Shown here in pieces: positions 9,519 through 17,923 of a stretch of 64,000 bases of DNA. The stretch's first letter is position 1; the number at the start of each line of letters is the position of its first letter. Source of the stretch: an uncultured Ruminiclostridium sp. (lineage in GTDB: Bacteria > Bacillota > Clostridia > Oscillospirales > Ruminococcaceae); NCBI GenBank assembly GCA_947630685.1, contig CANRII010000001.1, positions 199 to 64,198 of the forward strand, in the 5' to 3' direction. The notes beneath the pieces were generated by a model that made no database searches, was not told the DNA's origin, and saw nothing but the letters and a program-made list of their open reading frames with translations. Position numbers and translations under genes: made by a program.

Positions 9519-10256
9519 ATGCGTATTGCGATTTGCGACGATGAGCAGCACGAGCGCGAACGGCTTGAACAAGCGCTGCAAGGCTGTGACGCCGCGTACA
9601 GCGCGGAAAAATTTGCCGACGGAGCTTCTTTGTTGGATGCGACAAAAAAATCCCCTCCGTTCGATATTGCGTTTTTGGACATATATATGCCCGGCGAAAA
9701 CGGCATAGATATAGCAAAAATACTGCGGCAGATATCCCCCGATACCGGCATTGTATTTGTGACTACCAGCAGAGAGCACGCCGTGGACGCGTTTTCTCTT
9801 TACGCCCTGCACTATCTGGTAAAGCCCGCTACGACAGACGGGATAGCGGAGGCGTTACACCGTCTTAATCAGTCCCGCCGCGAACAAAGAGAACGCATTA
9901 CCCTTACTGTAGGTGCGGAAAGGCACACGGTGTTTCTCGATCAGATATGCTTATTGCAAAACGATAATCACGCGGTGAATGTAACGCTGTCCGACGGGCG
10001 CAGCCTTAAGGTCTGGATGTCGCTGGGCGAGATGGAAAAGAAAATGAATAAGAACTTTCTTAAGATAAACCGCGGTATAATCGTCAATATGGATTATATC
10101 GAACAGATGAGGACAGACGTCTGCGTTATGCGCAGCGGGATAAGACTGCCAATCGCGGTAAGACAGAGCGCCGTGATACGCGCGGCGTATGATAACTATG
10201 TGTTCGACCGGCTCGCCGGACGAAAAAACCTTACGGCAAAGGAGCCTAGACCATGA
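9519..10256 (+). CDS. LytTR family response regulator
   Basis: MRIAICDDE, FLDIYM (phospho-Asp), YLVKP, C-terminal FLKINRGIIVNMDYI LytTR domain; GGAGG RBS before ATG 9519. Confidence 0.92.
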   Translation: MRIAICDDEQHERERLEQALQGCDAAYSAEKFADGASLLDATKKSPPFDIAFLDIYMPGENGIDIAKILRQISPDTGIVFVTTSREHAVDAFSLYALHYLVKPATTDGIAEALHRLNQSRREQRERITLTVGAERHTVFLDQICLLQNDNHAVNVTLSDGRSLKVWMSLGEMEKKMNKNFLKINRGIIVNMDYIEQMRTDVCVMRSGIRLPIAVRQSAVIRAAYDNYVFDRLAGRKNLTAKEPRP

Positions 10257-11623
10257 TCGCTTTTTTAGAAAATGCTCTGGGATTTATCGTGCAGTTTTTG
10301 CCCTGCGTTATCCTGATATTTCTGCCGTTCCCCGAAGAGGCGTTCCGCTTCAGACGAAGAAATATATTCTTCTGGCTGTCGGTGATCTCGGTGGCGGTAG
10401 CCGTTTTGCTCTCGGCGGTATTATGCCTTAGAGATACGGAAAAATATCCTCAGCATATAGTAATATCCAATTCCTTTATGCTTGCTGCTATACTGCTTAT
10501 CTTAGCGGCGTATATCTGGCTGGTTCGGGAGTCGGTGATAAAAAAGCTGATGATATTTTTTATAGTGATGTTCTACGGCGCGACGGTCTACATACTGGTA
10601 AACTCCACCTACGCGCTTATATTCCCGAATCAGATAGACACCACTATATACCCCTATACCGACCGGTTTCTTATCATGTTCGCCGCCGTGACCGCTTTAC
10701 TGCTGCCTATGATAATCGCGGCGGTGATAAATCCGCTGAAAGAATACGTCCAGCTGATAGAACCGAAAAACATGCGGCGCGAATTTTGCATCGTGACTTT
10801 TTCCACGCTGCTTTATTTTACCACGATGATATGCTGCGTGACGTTTTTCGGAAGCAAAGGGCTTTTGCAGTACGTCCTGCTGCCCATGATATTCATGACG
10901 GCGAATCAGCTGCTGATATACTGGCTGATATTCCGCGAATCCGTCAGGCGCAAGCTGGACGGCGAGCAGCTCCACGCTATCGAGATAAGGCAGCTGCAAT
11001 ATGAAAAGATAGTAAACGACATGGAAAATACCCGCCGTATGCGCCACGATATGCGCCATCATTACAACTCGCTGAACGATATGCTCAGCCGCGGAAAATA
11101 CGACGAAATGAAAGACTACTTGTCCCAGCTGATAGATACCACGGTAAAGCGCGATGATAAGATGTACTGTAAAAACCTCACGGTAAACGGGCTTTTACAA
11201 TATTACGTCGGCATGGCAAGGGACAGGGATATCAGCTGCGACGTCAGCGCGGAATGCGACGAGCTTATGATAGAGCCGGCGGATCTTACCGTGCTGTTCG
11301 GCAACACTATGGAAAACGCGATAAATTCATGCGGAAAATACCCCGGCGAACGTCATATAGAAATACGGCTCGGTACGGTAAACGGCTCGCTTGCGATAGA
11401 GATATCCAATTCCTGCAAGGAGGTAAATCTTGATAAGCGCTTCAGCTCGGAGGACGGCTTTATGCCCGCCAACGCGTTTATCAGCAGCAGGAACGGCGGC
11501 GGATACGGACTTAGCAGTATCACGCATACCGCGCAGAAATACGGCGGCAGCGCTAAATTCAGATTTGACGCGGAAAAAGAATTGTTCACCGTTCGTATAC
11601 GGTTGAATATGCACACGAATTAA
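10253..11623 (+). CDS. GHKL sensor histidine kinase (AgrC/VirS-like)
   Basis: About 7 TM N-terminus, RRMRHDMRHH H-box, NTMENA N-box, GGYGLSSI G-box; ATGA overlap with the regulator. Confidence 0.9.
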   Translation: MIAFLENALGFIVQFLPCVILIFLPFPEEAFRFRRRNIFFWLSVISVAVAVLLSAVLCLRDTEKYPQHIVISNSFMLAAILLILAAYIWLVRESVIKKLMIFFIVMFYGATVYILVNSTYALIFPNQIDTTIYPYTDRFLIMFAAVTALLLPMIIAAVINPLKEYVQLIEPKNMRREFCIVTFSTLLYFTTMICCVTFFGSKGLLQYVLLPMIFMTANQLLIYWLIFRESVRRKLDGEQLHAIEIRQLQYEKIVNDMENTRRMRHDMRHHYNSLNDMLSRGKYDEMKDYLSQLIDTTVKRDDKMYCKNLTVNGLLQYYVGMARDRDISCDVSAECDELMIEPADLTVLFGNTMENAINSCGKYPGERHIEIRLGTVNGSLAIEISNSCKEVNLDKRFSSEDGFMPANAFISSRNGGGYGLSSITHTAQKYGGSAKFRFDAEKELFTVRIRLNMHTN

Positions 11624-11644
11624 TTTTTTTGGGAGGTCGCAAAA

Positions 11645-11941
11645 ATGACGATAAGCAAAAAACAAAACGGAACAGAGCTTGAGATAGCGCTGGAGGGCAG
11701 GCTGGACACCACCACCGCCCCGCAGCTTGAGGGCGAGCTTAAGCACAGTATAGACGGCGTTACCGATCTTATAATGGACTTTTCCAAGCTGGAGTATATT
11801 TCCTCCGCGGGACTGCGCGTTCTGCTTGCCGCTCAAAAGGTGATGAACAGACAAGGCAGTATGGTTATACGCGGCGTAAACGAAACGGTCATGGAAGTAT
11901 TTGAGATAACCGGCTTTGTAGATATACTTACGATAGAATAA
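11645..11941 (+). CDS. STAS-domain anti-sigma factor antagonist (RsbV/SpoIIAA-like)
   Basis: LEGRLDTTTA and DFSKLEYISSAGLRVLL with the phosphorylatable Ser. Confidence 0.92.
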   Translation: MTISKKQNGTELEIALEGRLDTTTAPQLEGELKHSIDGVTDLIMDFSKLEYISSAGLRVLLAAQKVMNRQGSMVIRGVNETVMEVFEITGFVDILTIE

Positions 11942-11943
11942 GC

Positions 11944-13560
11944 ATGGCAAAGAAACGGAAATTCAATCTTCAGCCGAAGCTGCTCATAGGTCTTGTACTT
12001 ATGGCGATCGTGCTGATGTTTTCGCTCATATCCATTCTTATAATCATCTTCTGCGGCGTAATGTACCAATATTACTCCTGGGTAACATTCGACAACGCCT
12101 CCGTCTGCTCCTACGTCATCGACGGCGACCGCATAGAGCGGTATTACAATAACGGCAAGATAGGCGAAAAAGACGATTACTATGAAATGATAGGCGATTA
12201 TCTGCTTGAGGTGAAAAATCAAGTCGGACTGCAATACCTGTATGTAGCCGTTCCCGAGCAGGACAACATAGTTTATGTATGGGACGCGGGCGCTCCCGAC
12301 GAGGATGGCATACATAAGCTCGGCGAATCAATACAGATGTTCGGCGAGATAAAGGACGTAATGCAGACAGCTTACGCGGGCGGCGCGGATATGCTCGACT
12401 CCGTACTATTCACCGAAAGCTCCGCCGTGGCTTTTGTTCCGCTGCTGAATAGTGACAACAAGCCGGTGGCGCTGATAGCGGTAAGCATTCCTATCGAAAG
12501 AGTAAGCCGTCACGTCGAAACGTTTACCGTGCTTGCGCTGATATCCACGATCGTCGTGATGCTCATCTCCTCATTCTTTTACTATCTTTATATCCGTAAA
12601 ATACTCGTCCGTCCTTTGAGGAATCTCCACCATGCCGTTACCGGACTGGTAAGCGACAATATGGAACACCTTGACAGCTTCGACTTAAAAATTAAAACCA
12701 GGGACGAGGTGGGCGACCTTGCCAACGGATTTAATCAGATGGTGAAAGAGCTTAACGAGTACATTAACAATCTCAGCCGCGTTACCGCGGAAAAAGAGCG
12801 TATAGGCGCGGAGCTTGACGTCGCTACTCATATCCAGAAGTCTATGCTCCCCTGCACTTTCCCGGCGTTCCCCGACCGAAAGGAGATAGACATATACGCT
12901 ACCATGACCCCCGCAAAGGAGGTCGGCGGAGATTTCTACGACTTCTTTATGGTGGACGACAGACATCTTGCGATAGTAATGGCGGACGTTTCCGGCAAGG
13001 GCGTTCCCGCGGCGCTGTTTATGGTAATAGGCAAAACGCTTATCAAAGACCATACCGTCCCCGGTTACGATCTCGGTGCGGTGTTCACCGAGGTAAACGA
13101 TCTTTTATGCGAATCAAACAGCGAGGGACTGTTTATAACGGCGTTCGAGGGCGTACTTGACCTTGTCACCGGAGAATTTAATTATGTGAACGCGGGACAT
13201 GAAATGCCGTTTATCTGCCGTTCGGGTGAAAATTTCGCGCCGTATAAGATAAAGGCGGGATTCGTGCTTGCGGGCATGGAGGGAATGAGGTACCGCGCGG
13301 GCAGCCTTACGCTTGCGCCGGGAGATAAGGTATTCCAGTACACCGACGGCGTTACCGAGGCGACAAATTCCGATAACGAGCTTTACGGTATGGAAAGACT
13401 GGAAAATGTGCTGAACCTCAACAAGGACAGCGCTCCTGCCGAGCTTCTCCCCAAGGTAAAAGAGGATATCGACGCGTTTGTAGGCGAGGCTCCTCAGTTT
13501 GACGATATAACGATGCTTTGTCTTGAATATAAGAGCAGAATGGAGGATAACAATGAATGA
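11944..13560 (+). CDS. Membrane sensor PP2C/SpoIIE phosphatase with HAMP domain (RsbU-like)
   Basis: Two TM helices flanking an extracellular domain, HAMP (DEVGDLANGFNQM), EVGGDFYD, DVSGKG, YTDGVTEA, DDIT. Confidence 0.92.
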   Translation: MAKKRKFNLQPKLLIGLVLMAIVLMFSLISILIIIFCGVMYQYYSWVTFDNASVCSYVIDGDRIERYYNNGKIGEKDDYYEMIGDYLLEVKNQVGLQYLYVAVPEQDNIVYVWDAGAPDEDGIHKLGESIQMFGEIKDVMQTAYAGGADMLDSVLFTESSAVAFVPLLNSDNKPVALIAVSIPIERVSRHVETFTVLALISTIVVMLISSFFYYLYIRKILVRPLRNLHHAVTGLVSDNMEHLDSFDLKIKTRDEVGDLANGFNQMVKELNEYINNLSRVTAEKERIGAELDVATHIQKSMLPCTFPAFPDRKEIDIYATMTPAKEVGGDFYDFFMVDDRHLAIVMADVSGKGVPAALFMVIGKTLIKDHTVPGYDLGAVFTEVNDLLCESNSEGLFITAFEGVLDLVTGEFNYVNAGHEMPFICRSGENFAPYKIKAGFVLAGMEGMRYRAGSLTLAPGDKVFQYTDGVTEATNSDNELYGMERLENVLNLNKDSAPAELLPKVKEDIDAFVGEAPQFDDITMLCLEYKSRMEDNNE

Positions 13561-13960
13561 ACTGACCGTTGACGCGACGGTGGAAAATATCCCTACAGTC
13601 ACGGATTTTGTAGACGAACAGCTCGAGGCTCACGGCTGCCCGATGAAAGCGCAAATGCAGATAGACATCGCCATAGACGAGCTGCTCAGCAACATAGCGT
13701 ATTATGCCTACAGCTCCGGTTCGGGGACCGTCACCATCCGCGTGGAGATAGCCGAAGAGCCGCTTTCCGTTCTGATAACGTTCATAGATAACGGCGTACC
13801 TTACGACCCGCTTAAAAAAGAAGACCCCGACACCACGCTTTCCGCAGACCAAAGAGATATAGGCGGGCTTGGGATATACATGGTCAAAAAAAGCATGGAC
13901 GGCGTCGAATATGAATATAAAGACGGTCAGAACGTTCTCAAAATAACCAAAAAATTCTAA
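13553..13960 (+). CDS. Anti-sigma factor Ser/Thr kinase (RsbW/SpoIIAB-like)
   Basis: DELLSNIAYYAY, FIDNGVPYDP, GGLGIYMVK; GGAGG RBS before ATG 13553. Confidence 0.9.
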   Translation: MNELTVDATVENIPTVTDFVDEQLEAHGCPMKAQMQIDIAIDELLSNIAYYAYSSGSGTVTIRVEIAEEPLSVLITFIDNGVPYDPLKKEDPDTTLSADQRDIGGLGIYMVKKSMDGVEYEYKDGQNVLKITKKF

Positions 13961-13982
13961 TATAAAACAAAACATAAAAAAC

Positions 13983-14022
13983 AGGCTTTTACACTTACGT
14001 TTTTACGATAGTGTAAAAGCCT
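13983..14022. terminator. Inverted repeat between convergent operons (probable bidirectional terminator)
   Basis: Perfect 13-bp arms AGGCTTTTACACT / AGTGTAAAAGCCT. Confidence 0.7.
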
Positions 14023-14085
14023 TAAATTATTAGGTATTTAACGGTATAGGAATCACATTTATGTGAAAAAGTCGCTCACACAACT

Positions 14086-14304
14086 TCAAATATACATAAA
14101 CGTACTTCTTCCTCCGGCGACATTTTCAAGCGCTTCATCGGAAAGCTCCGTGCCGGAACGCAGCGTATCGTACAGCTCTTTGGCCTTTTCCTCGGAAAGC
14201 TCAAAGCCGTCTTCCTTTGCCAAAGCTATAAGCTCCTCCGGCGAGTTTGCTTTGTTAAGCTTTTGCAAAAGCTCCTCTTTAGTCATAATAGTATGTTCAG
14301 CCAT
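14086..14304 (-). CDS. Nif11-like leader double-glycine precursor peptide P1
   Basis: Leader ends LSDEALENVAGG; core RSTFMYI. Confidence 0.85.
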   Translation of the reverse strand: MAEHTIMTKEELLQKLNKANSPEELIALAKEDGFELSEEKAKELYDTLRSGTELSDEALENVAGGRSTFMYI

Positions 14305-14354
14305 TTTCGCTTTCCTCCTTTAGATAGGTTTTTGAAGCAAAGGCGAAAAATCGA

Positions 14355-14651
14355 TCACCCTTCCGACCATAACGTTTCGGTGAAAAATTTATCGACTGCT
14401 TTAACGCCTTTTTCAATACCCTTTGCTATATCCTTCCAGAAATCAAGGCAGGAATATCCGCCCGCAACTCCTTCGAGCGCGTCGTCGGAAAGCTCGCCCT
14501 CGGCGTGCAGCGTATCGTACAGCTCTTTGGCCTTTTCCTCGGAAAGCTCAAAGCCGTCTTCCTTTGCCAAAGCTACAAGCTCCTCCGGCGAGTTTGCTTT
14601 GTTCAGCTTTTGCATAAACTCCTCTTTAGTCATAATAGTCTGTTCAGCCAT
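14355..14651 (-). CDS. Nif11-like leader precursor P2
   Basis: LSDDALEGVAGG; core YSCLDFWKDIAKGIEKGVKAVDKFFTETLWSEG. Confidence 0.88.
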   Translation of the reverse strand: MAEQTIMTKEEFMQKLNKANSPEELVALAKEDGFELSEEKAKELYDTLHAEGELSDDALEGVAGGYSCLDFWKDIAKGIEKGVKAVDKFFTETLWSEG

Positions 14652-14682
14652 TTTTTATTATCCTCTTCCGCTGTCTTAAAGC

Positions 14683-15078
14683 TCAAGACCAAGTGCGTTT
14701 GCAATCACCGCAGTAATATTTTTGGGTCTTCTCGCTATACGCTGTATTTTTGCGCGAATGGCAGTAGGGGCAGTCTATGCCCTGAGTAACGTCCCTGAAC
14801 GCTTCGGGTATCGTTTCGGTGAAAAATTTACCTATACTCTCAACGCCCTTTGCTATATCTTTCCAGAAATCAAGGCAGGAATATCCGCCCGCAACTCCCT
14901 CGAGCGCGTCGTCGGGAAGCTCGCCCTCGGCGTGCAGCGTATCATATAGTTTTTCGGAGTCTTCCACGGAAAGCTCGAAGCCGTCTTCCTTTGCCAAAGC
15001 TATAAGCTCCTCCGGCGAGTTTGCTTTGTTGAGCTTTTGCATAAACTCCTCTTTAGTCATAATAGTCTGTTCAGCCAT
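14683..15078 (-). CDS. Nif11-like leader precursor P3 (helix plus CxxC..CxxC core)
   Basis: Core YSCLDFWKDIAKG...CPYC-16aa-CGDC. Confidence 0.88.
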   Translation of the reverse strand: MAEQTIMTKEEFMQKLNKANSPEELIALAKEDGFELSVEDSEKLYDTLHAEGELPDDALEGVAGGYSCLDFWKDIAKGVESIGKFFTETIPEAFRDVTQGIDCPYCHSRKNTAYSEKTQKYYCGDCKRTWS

Positions 15079-15109
15079 TTTTGTTATCTCCTTTCAAAAT
15101 TGTCGGCAG

Positions 15110-15340
15110 TTAAACGAGAGTACGGAACGGACCTATACGGTCGCCGCCTCCTCCTCCGAGCCAGTATCCGCCCGCAACGCTTTCAAGCTGTTCATCGGTC
15201 AGCTCGCCGCCGCTCAGCTGCTCGAAAAGCTCTTTTGCCTTTTCGGGAGTCATTTCGATCCCGTTTTCCTTAGCAAGCGCGAGGATATCATCAGCGGATC
15301 TTACATCTTTCAGCTTTGCTAAAAATTCTTCCTTGTTCAT
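15110..15340 (-). CDS. Nif11-like leader precursor P4
   Basis: LTDEQLESVAGG; core YWLGGGGGDRIGPFRTLV. Confidence 0.88.
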   Translation of the reverse strand: MNKEEFLAKLKDVRSADDILALAKENGIEMTPEKAKELFEQLSGGELTDEQLESVAGGYWLGGGGGDRIGPFRTLV

Positions 15341-15386
15341 ATTTTCTCCTTTTACAACTAGCGATCTGATATTATCAGCGGACTTG

Positions 15387-15629
15387 TTAATAATTTATTA
15401 ATTTCACTCCGCTCATGCTCTCTATTATTTTAATTATCTCATCATCCATACTCCAGCCGCCGGCAACGTTTTGGAGCTGATCATCGGATAACTCGACCGA
15501 GTTTAATTTGCCGAAAAGCTCCTGTGCTTTGTCGGGAGCAATTTCAATGCCGTTTTCTTTGGCAAGAGCGATAATATCATCAGCGGACTTTGCACCTTTC
15601 AGCTTGGAAATAAATTCTTCCTTGTTCAT
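15387..15629 (-). CDS. Nif11-like leader precursor P5
   Basis: LSDDQLQNVAGG; core WSMDDEIIKIIESMSGVKLINY. Confidence 0.88.
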   Translation of the reverse strand: MNKEEFISKLKGAKSADDIIALAKENGIEIAPDKAQELFGKLNSVELSDDQLQNVAGGWSMDDEIIKIIESMSGVKLINY

Positions 15630-15774
15630 TTGTTTAAGCTCCTTTCAAGGGGGCAGATCAGAATAGTAGTTCCTTTATTCTCTTCTTTAATTTGTCCTTC
15701 AAATCCCCGCCTGCGACTTTGTCAAGTTCCTCGTCGGAAAGCTCGCAGTTTGAATTTATCTGATCAAACAGCTC
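15601..15774. repeat. 174-nt exact direct repeat (second copy 16330..16503)
   Basis: Spans the 3' half of P6/P9, the spacer and the first codons of the next precursor (P5/P8). Confidence 0.9.
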
Positions 15775-15882
15775 TTTTGCCTTTTCGGGGGTTAGCTCAA
15801 CACAGTTTTCCCTTGCAAGTACTAGAATATCGTCAGCAGATTTTGCTTCTTTTAGCTTGGCGATAAGTTCTTCATTGTTCAT
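15658..15882 (-). CDS. Nif11-like leader precursor P6
   Basis: LSDEELDKVAGG; core DLKDKLKKRIKELLF. Confidence 0.88.
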   Translation of the reverse strand: MNNEELIAKLKEAKSADDILVLARENCVELTPEKAKELFDQINSNCELSDEELDKVAGGDLKDKLKKRIKELLF

Positions 15883-15906
15883 GTGTTTGCCTCTTTCGTA
15901 AAAATT

Positions 15907-16132
15907 TTATTTTCCAAAAAGGCTACCGAACCACTCTTTGACTGTGTCAACTATGCCGCCCCCGGAAACAGTATCAAGCTGATCGTCGGATAACTCGACC
16001 GAGTTCATACTGTTGAAAATCTCTTGTGCCTTATCGGGGGGGTACGTCAACGCCGGCTTCTTTTGCCAACGCAATAATATCGTCGGCAGATTTTGCTGTT
16101 TTCAGATTTGCAATAAATTCTTCCTTAGTCAT
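15907..16132 (-). pseudogene. Nif11-like leader precursor P7, +1 frameshift in a C7 tract (absent from the ORF track)
   Basis: 226 nt from ATG to TAA. Removing one base from the run at 16036-16042 gives MTKEEFIANLK...LSDDQLDTVSGG-GIVDTVKEWFGSLFGK (74 aa); AAAGGAG RBS upstream. Confidence 0.85.
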
Positions 16133-16160
16133 GTCATTTGCTCCTTTAGCTTATCAATGA

Positions 16161-16358
16161 TCAATGGTATGTCCAGATGCTCATGCCGCCCGCAACGTTT
16201 TCTAACTGCTCATCGGAAAGCTCGCCGCCGCTTAGCTGCTCGAAAAGCTCTTCTGCCTTTTCGGGAGTCATTTCGATCCCGTTTTCCTTAGCAAGAGCGA
16301 GGATATCGTCAGCGGACTTTGCCAATTTAAGCTTGGAAATAAATTCTTCCTTGTTCAT
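16161..16358 (-). CDS. Nif11-like leader precursor P8
   Basis: LSDEQLENVAGG; core MSIWTYH. Confidence 0.88.
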   Translation of the reverse strand: MNKEEFISKLKLAKSADDILALAKENGIEMTPEKAEELFEQLSGGELSDEQLENVAGGMSIWTYH

Positions 16359-16386
16359 TTGTTTAAGCTCCTTTCAAGGGGGCAGA

Positions 16387-16611
16387 TCAGAATAGTAGTT
16401 CCTTTATTCTCTTCTTTAATTTGTCCTTCAAATCCCCGCCTGCGACTTTGTCAAGTTCCTCGTCGGAAAGCTCGCAGTTTGAATTTATCTGATCAAACAG
16501 CTCCTGTGCCTTTTCGGGAGCAATTTCAATGCCGCTTTCATTAGCAAGCGCGATAATATCGTCGGCGGATTTTACGCCTTTAAGCCTTGCTAAAAATTCT
16601 TCCTTGTTCAT
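16387..16611 (-). CDS. Nif11-like leader precursor P9
   Basis: Core DLKDKLKKRIKELLF, identical to P6, on a different leader N-half. Confidence 0.88.
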   Translation of the reverse strand: MNKEEFLARLKGVKSADDIIALANESGIEIAPEKAQELFDQINSNCELSDEELDKVAGGDLKDKLKKRIKELLF

Positions 16612-16646
16612 ATCATTTGCTCCTTTAGTTGATCAATGATCAATGA

Positions 16647-16844
16647 TCAATGGTATGTCCAGATGCTCATGCCGCCCGCGACGTTTTCCAGCTGCTCGTC
16701 GGAAAGCTCATTGCCGCTCATCTGCTCGAAAAGCTCTTTCGCCTTGTCGGGGGTCATCTCAACGCCGTTTTCCTTTGCAAGCGCTAGAATATCATCAGCG
16801 GATTTTGCATCTTTCAGCTTGGCTAAAAATTCTTCCTTGTTCAT
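16647..16844 (-). CDS. Nif11-like leader precursor P10
   Basis: Core MSIWTYH. Confidence 0.88.
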   Translation of the reverse strand: MNKEEFLAKLKDAKSADDILALAKENGVEMTPDKAKELFEQMSGNELSDEQLENVAGGMSIWTYH

Positions 16845-16872
16845 ATCATTTGCTCCTTTAGTTGATCAATGA

Positions 16873-17070
16873 TCAATGGTATGTCCAGATGCTCATGCCG
16901 CCCGCGACGTTTTCCAGCTGCTCGTCGGAAAGCTCATTGCCGCTCAGCTGCTCGAAAAGCTCTTTTGCCTTATCGGTAGTCATTTCTATCCCGTTTTCCT
17001 TAGCAAGCGCGATAATATCGTCAGCGGATTTTACGCCTTTCAGCTTGGCTAAAAAATCTTCCTTTTTCAT
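16873..17070 (-). CDS. Nif11-like leader precursor P11
   Basis: Start reassigned to MKKEDF (ATG 17070) by homology with its siblings; core MSIWTYH. Confidence 0.85.
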   Translation of the reverse strand: MKKEDFLAKLKGVKSADDIIALAKENGIEMTTDKAKELFEQLSGNELSDEQLENVAGGMSIWTYH

Positions 17071-17092
17071 AACATCAGCCTCATTTCGGATT

Positions 17093-17326
17093 TTAATCGT
17101 TATTGTTTGGAAACGGGATAATAAAGTCTTTTTCCCAAATAATGCGGCTGCCGCCGGCAACATTGTCAAGCTCGTCGTCGGACATTTCGCCGCTTGCGGT
17201 TATCCGCTCGAAAAGCTCCTTTGCCTTATCGGGAGTTATCTCTATCCCGTTTTCTTTAGCAAGCGCGATAATATCATCGACGGATTTTACGCCTTTCAGC
17301 TTGGCTAAAAAATCTTCCTTGTTCAT
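17093..17326 (-). CDS. Nif11-like leader precursor P12
   Basis: Start MNKEDF (ATG 17326) after AAAGGAG; core SRIIWEKDFIIPFPNNND. Confidence 0.85.
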   Translation of the reverse strand: MNKEDFLAKLKGVKSVDDIIALAKENGIEITPDKAKELFERITASGEMSDDELDNVAGGSRIIWEKDFIIPFPNNND

Positions 17327-17399
17327 GTTAAGCTCCTTTCGTAAGGTGGGTGGCATACGGGCGTCAGCCGAAAAGGCATCGTCCCGTATGCCTGAACTT

Positions 17400-17627
17400 T
17401 TAGTATTTATACACCGCGATCCATACGTCCGGACCTAAAAGATCGGCAAGGTCTTTTCTTCCGCCCGCAACATTGTCAAGCTCGTCGTCGGATAATTCGT
17501 TTATCTTGTCGAAAAGCTCCTTTGCCTTATCGGGAGCGATCTCTAAGCCGTTTTCTTTTGCAAGAGCGATAACGTCATCGACGGACTTTGCATTCGTCAG
17601 CTTTTTGATAAATTCTTCCTTGTTCAT
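17400..17627 (-). CDS. Nif11-like leader precursor P13
   Basis: LSDDELDNVAGG; core RKDLADLLGPDVWIAVYKY. Confidence 0.88.
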   Translation of the reverse strand: MNKEEFIKKLTNAKSVDDVIALAKENGLEIAPDKAKELFDKINELSDDELDNVAGGRKDLADLLGPDVWIAVYKY

Positions 17628-17655
17628 AAGTTTGACCCTCTCTTTTAATAAGTCG

Positions 17656-17901
17656 TTAAAGTTGGATCTTTATGATCTGTCCGTGACCCTCCGCATAACA
17701 GCAGTCTTCGCAGTTATAACCGCTGGTGCCGCCGGAACGGATATATACTATCCTCTTTGAACCGCAGTTCGGACAGCCGTTCGCCCAACTTTTTATATAT
17801 TCGGGAGAACCCTCTTTCGGAAGCGACGTGTCATTCGATCCGCCCGAAACGCTTTCAAGCTGGTCGTCGAGAAGCTCCGCGTTTTTATCTGATCTTTCCA
17901 T
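17656..17901 (-). CDS. Short-leader double-glycine precursor P14 (CxxC..CxxC core)
   Basis: 21-aa leader ending LLDDQLESVSGG; core contains CPNC-17aa-CEDC. Confidence 0.82.
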   Translation of the reverse strand: MERSDKNAELLDDQLESVSGGSNDTSLPKEGSPEYIKSWANGCPNCGSKRIVYIRSGGTSGYNCEDCCYAEGHGQIIKIQL

Positions 17902-17923
17902 AGTAATTCCTCCTTAAGCCGCT

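Noticed and set aside
9519-11623. Complete agr quorum-sensing locus
   Set aside because: AgrA/AgrC-like genes are present but no AgrB or AgrD was found.
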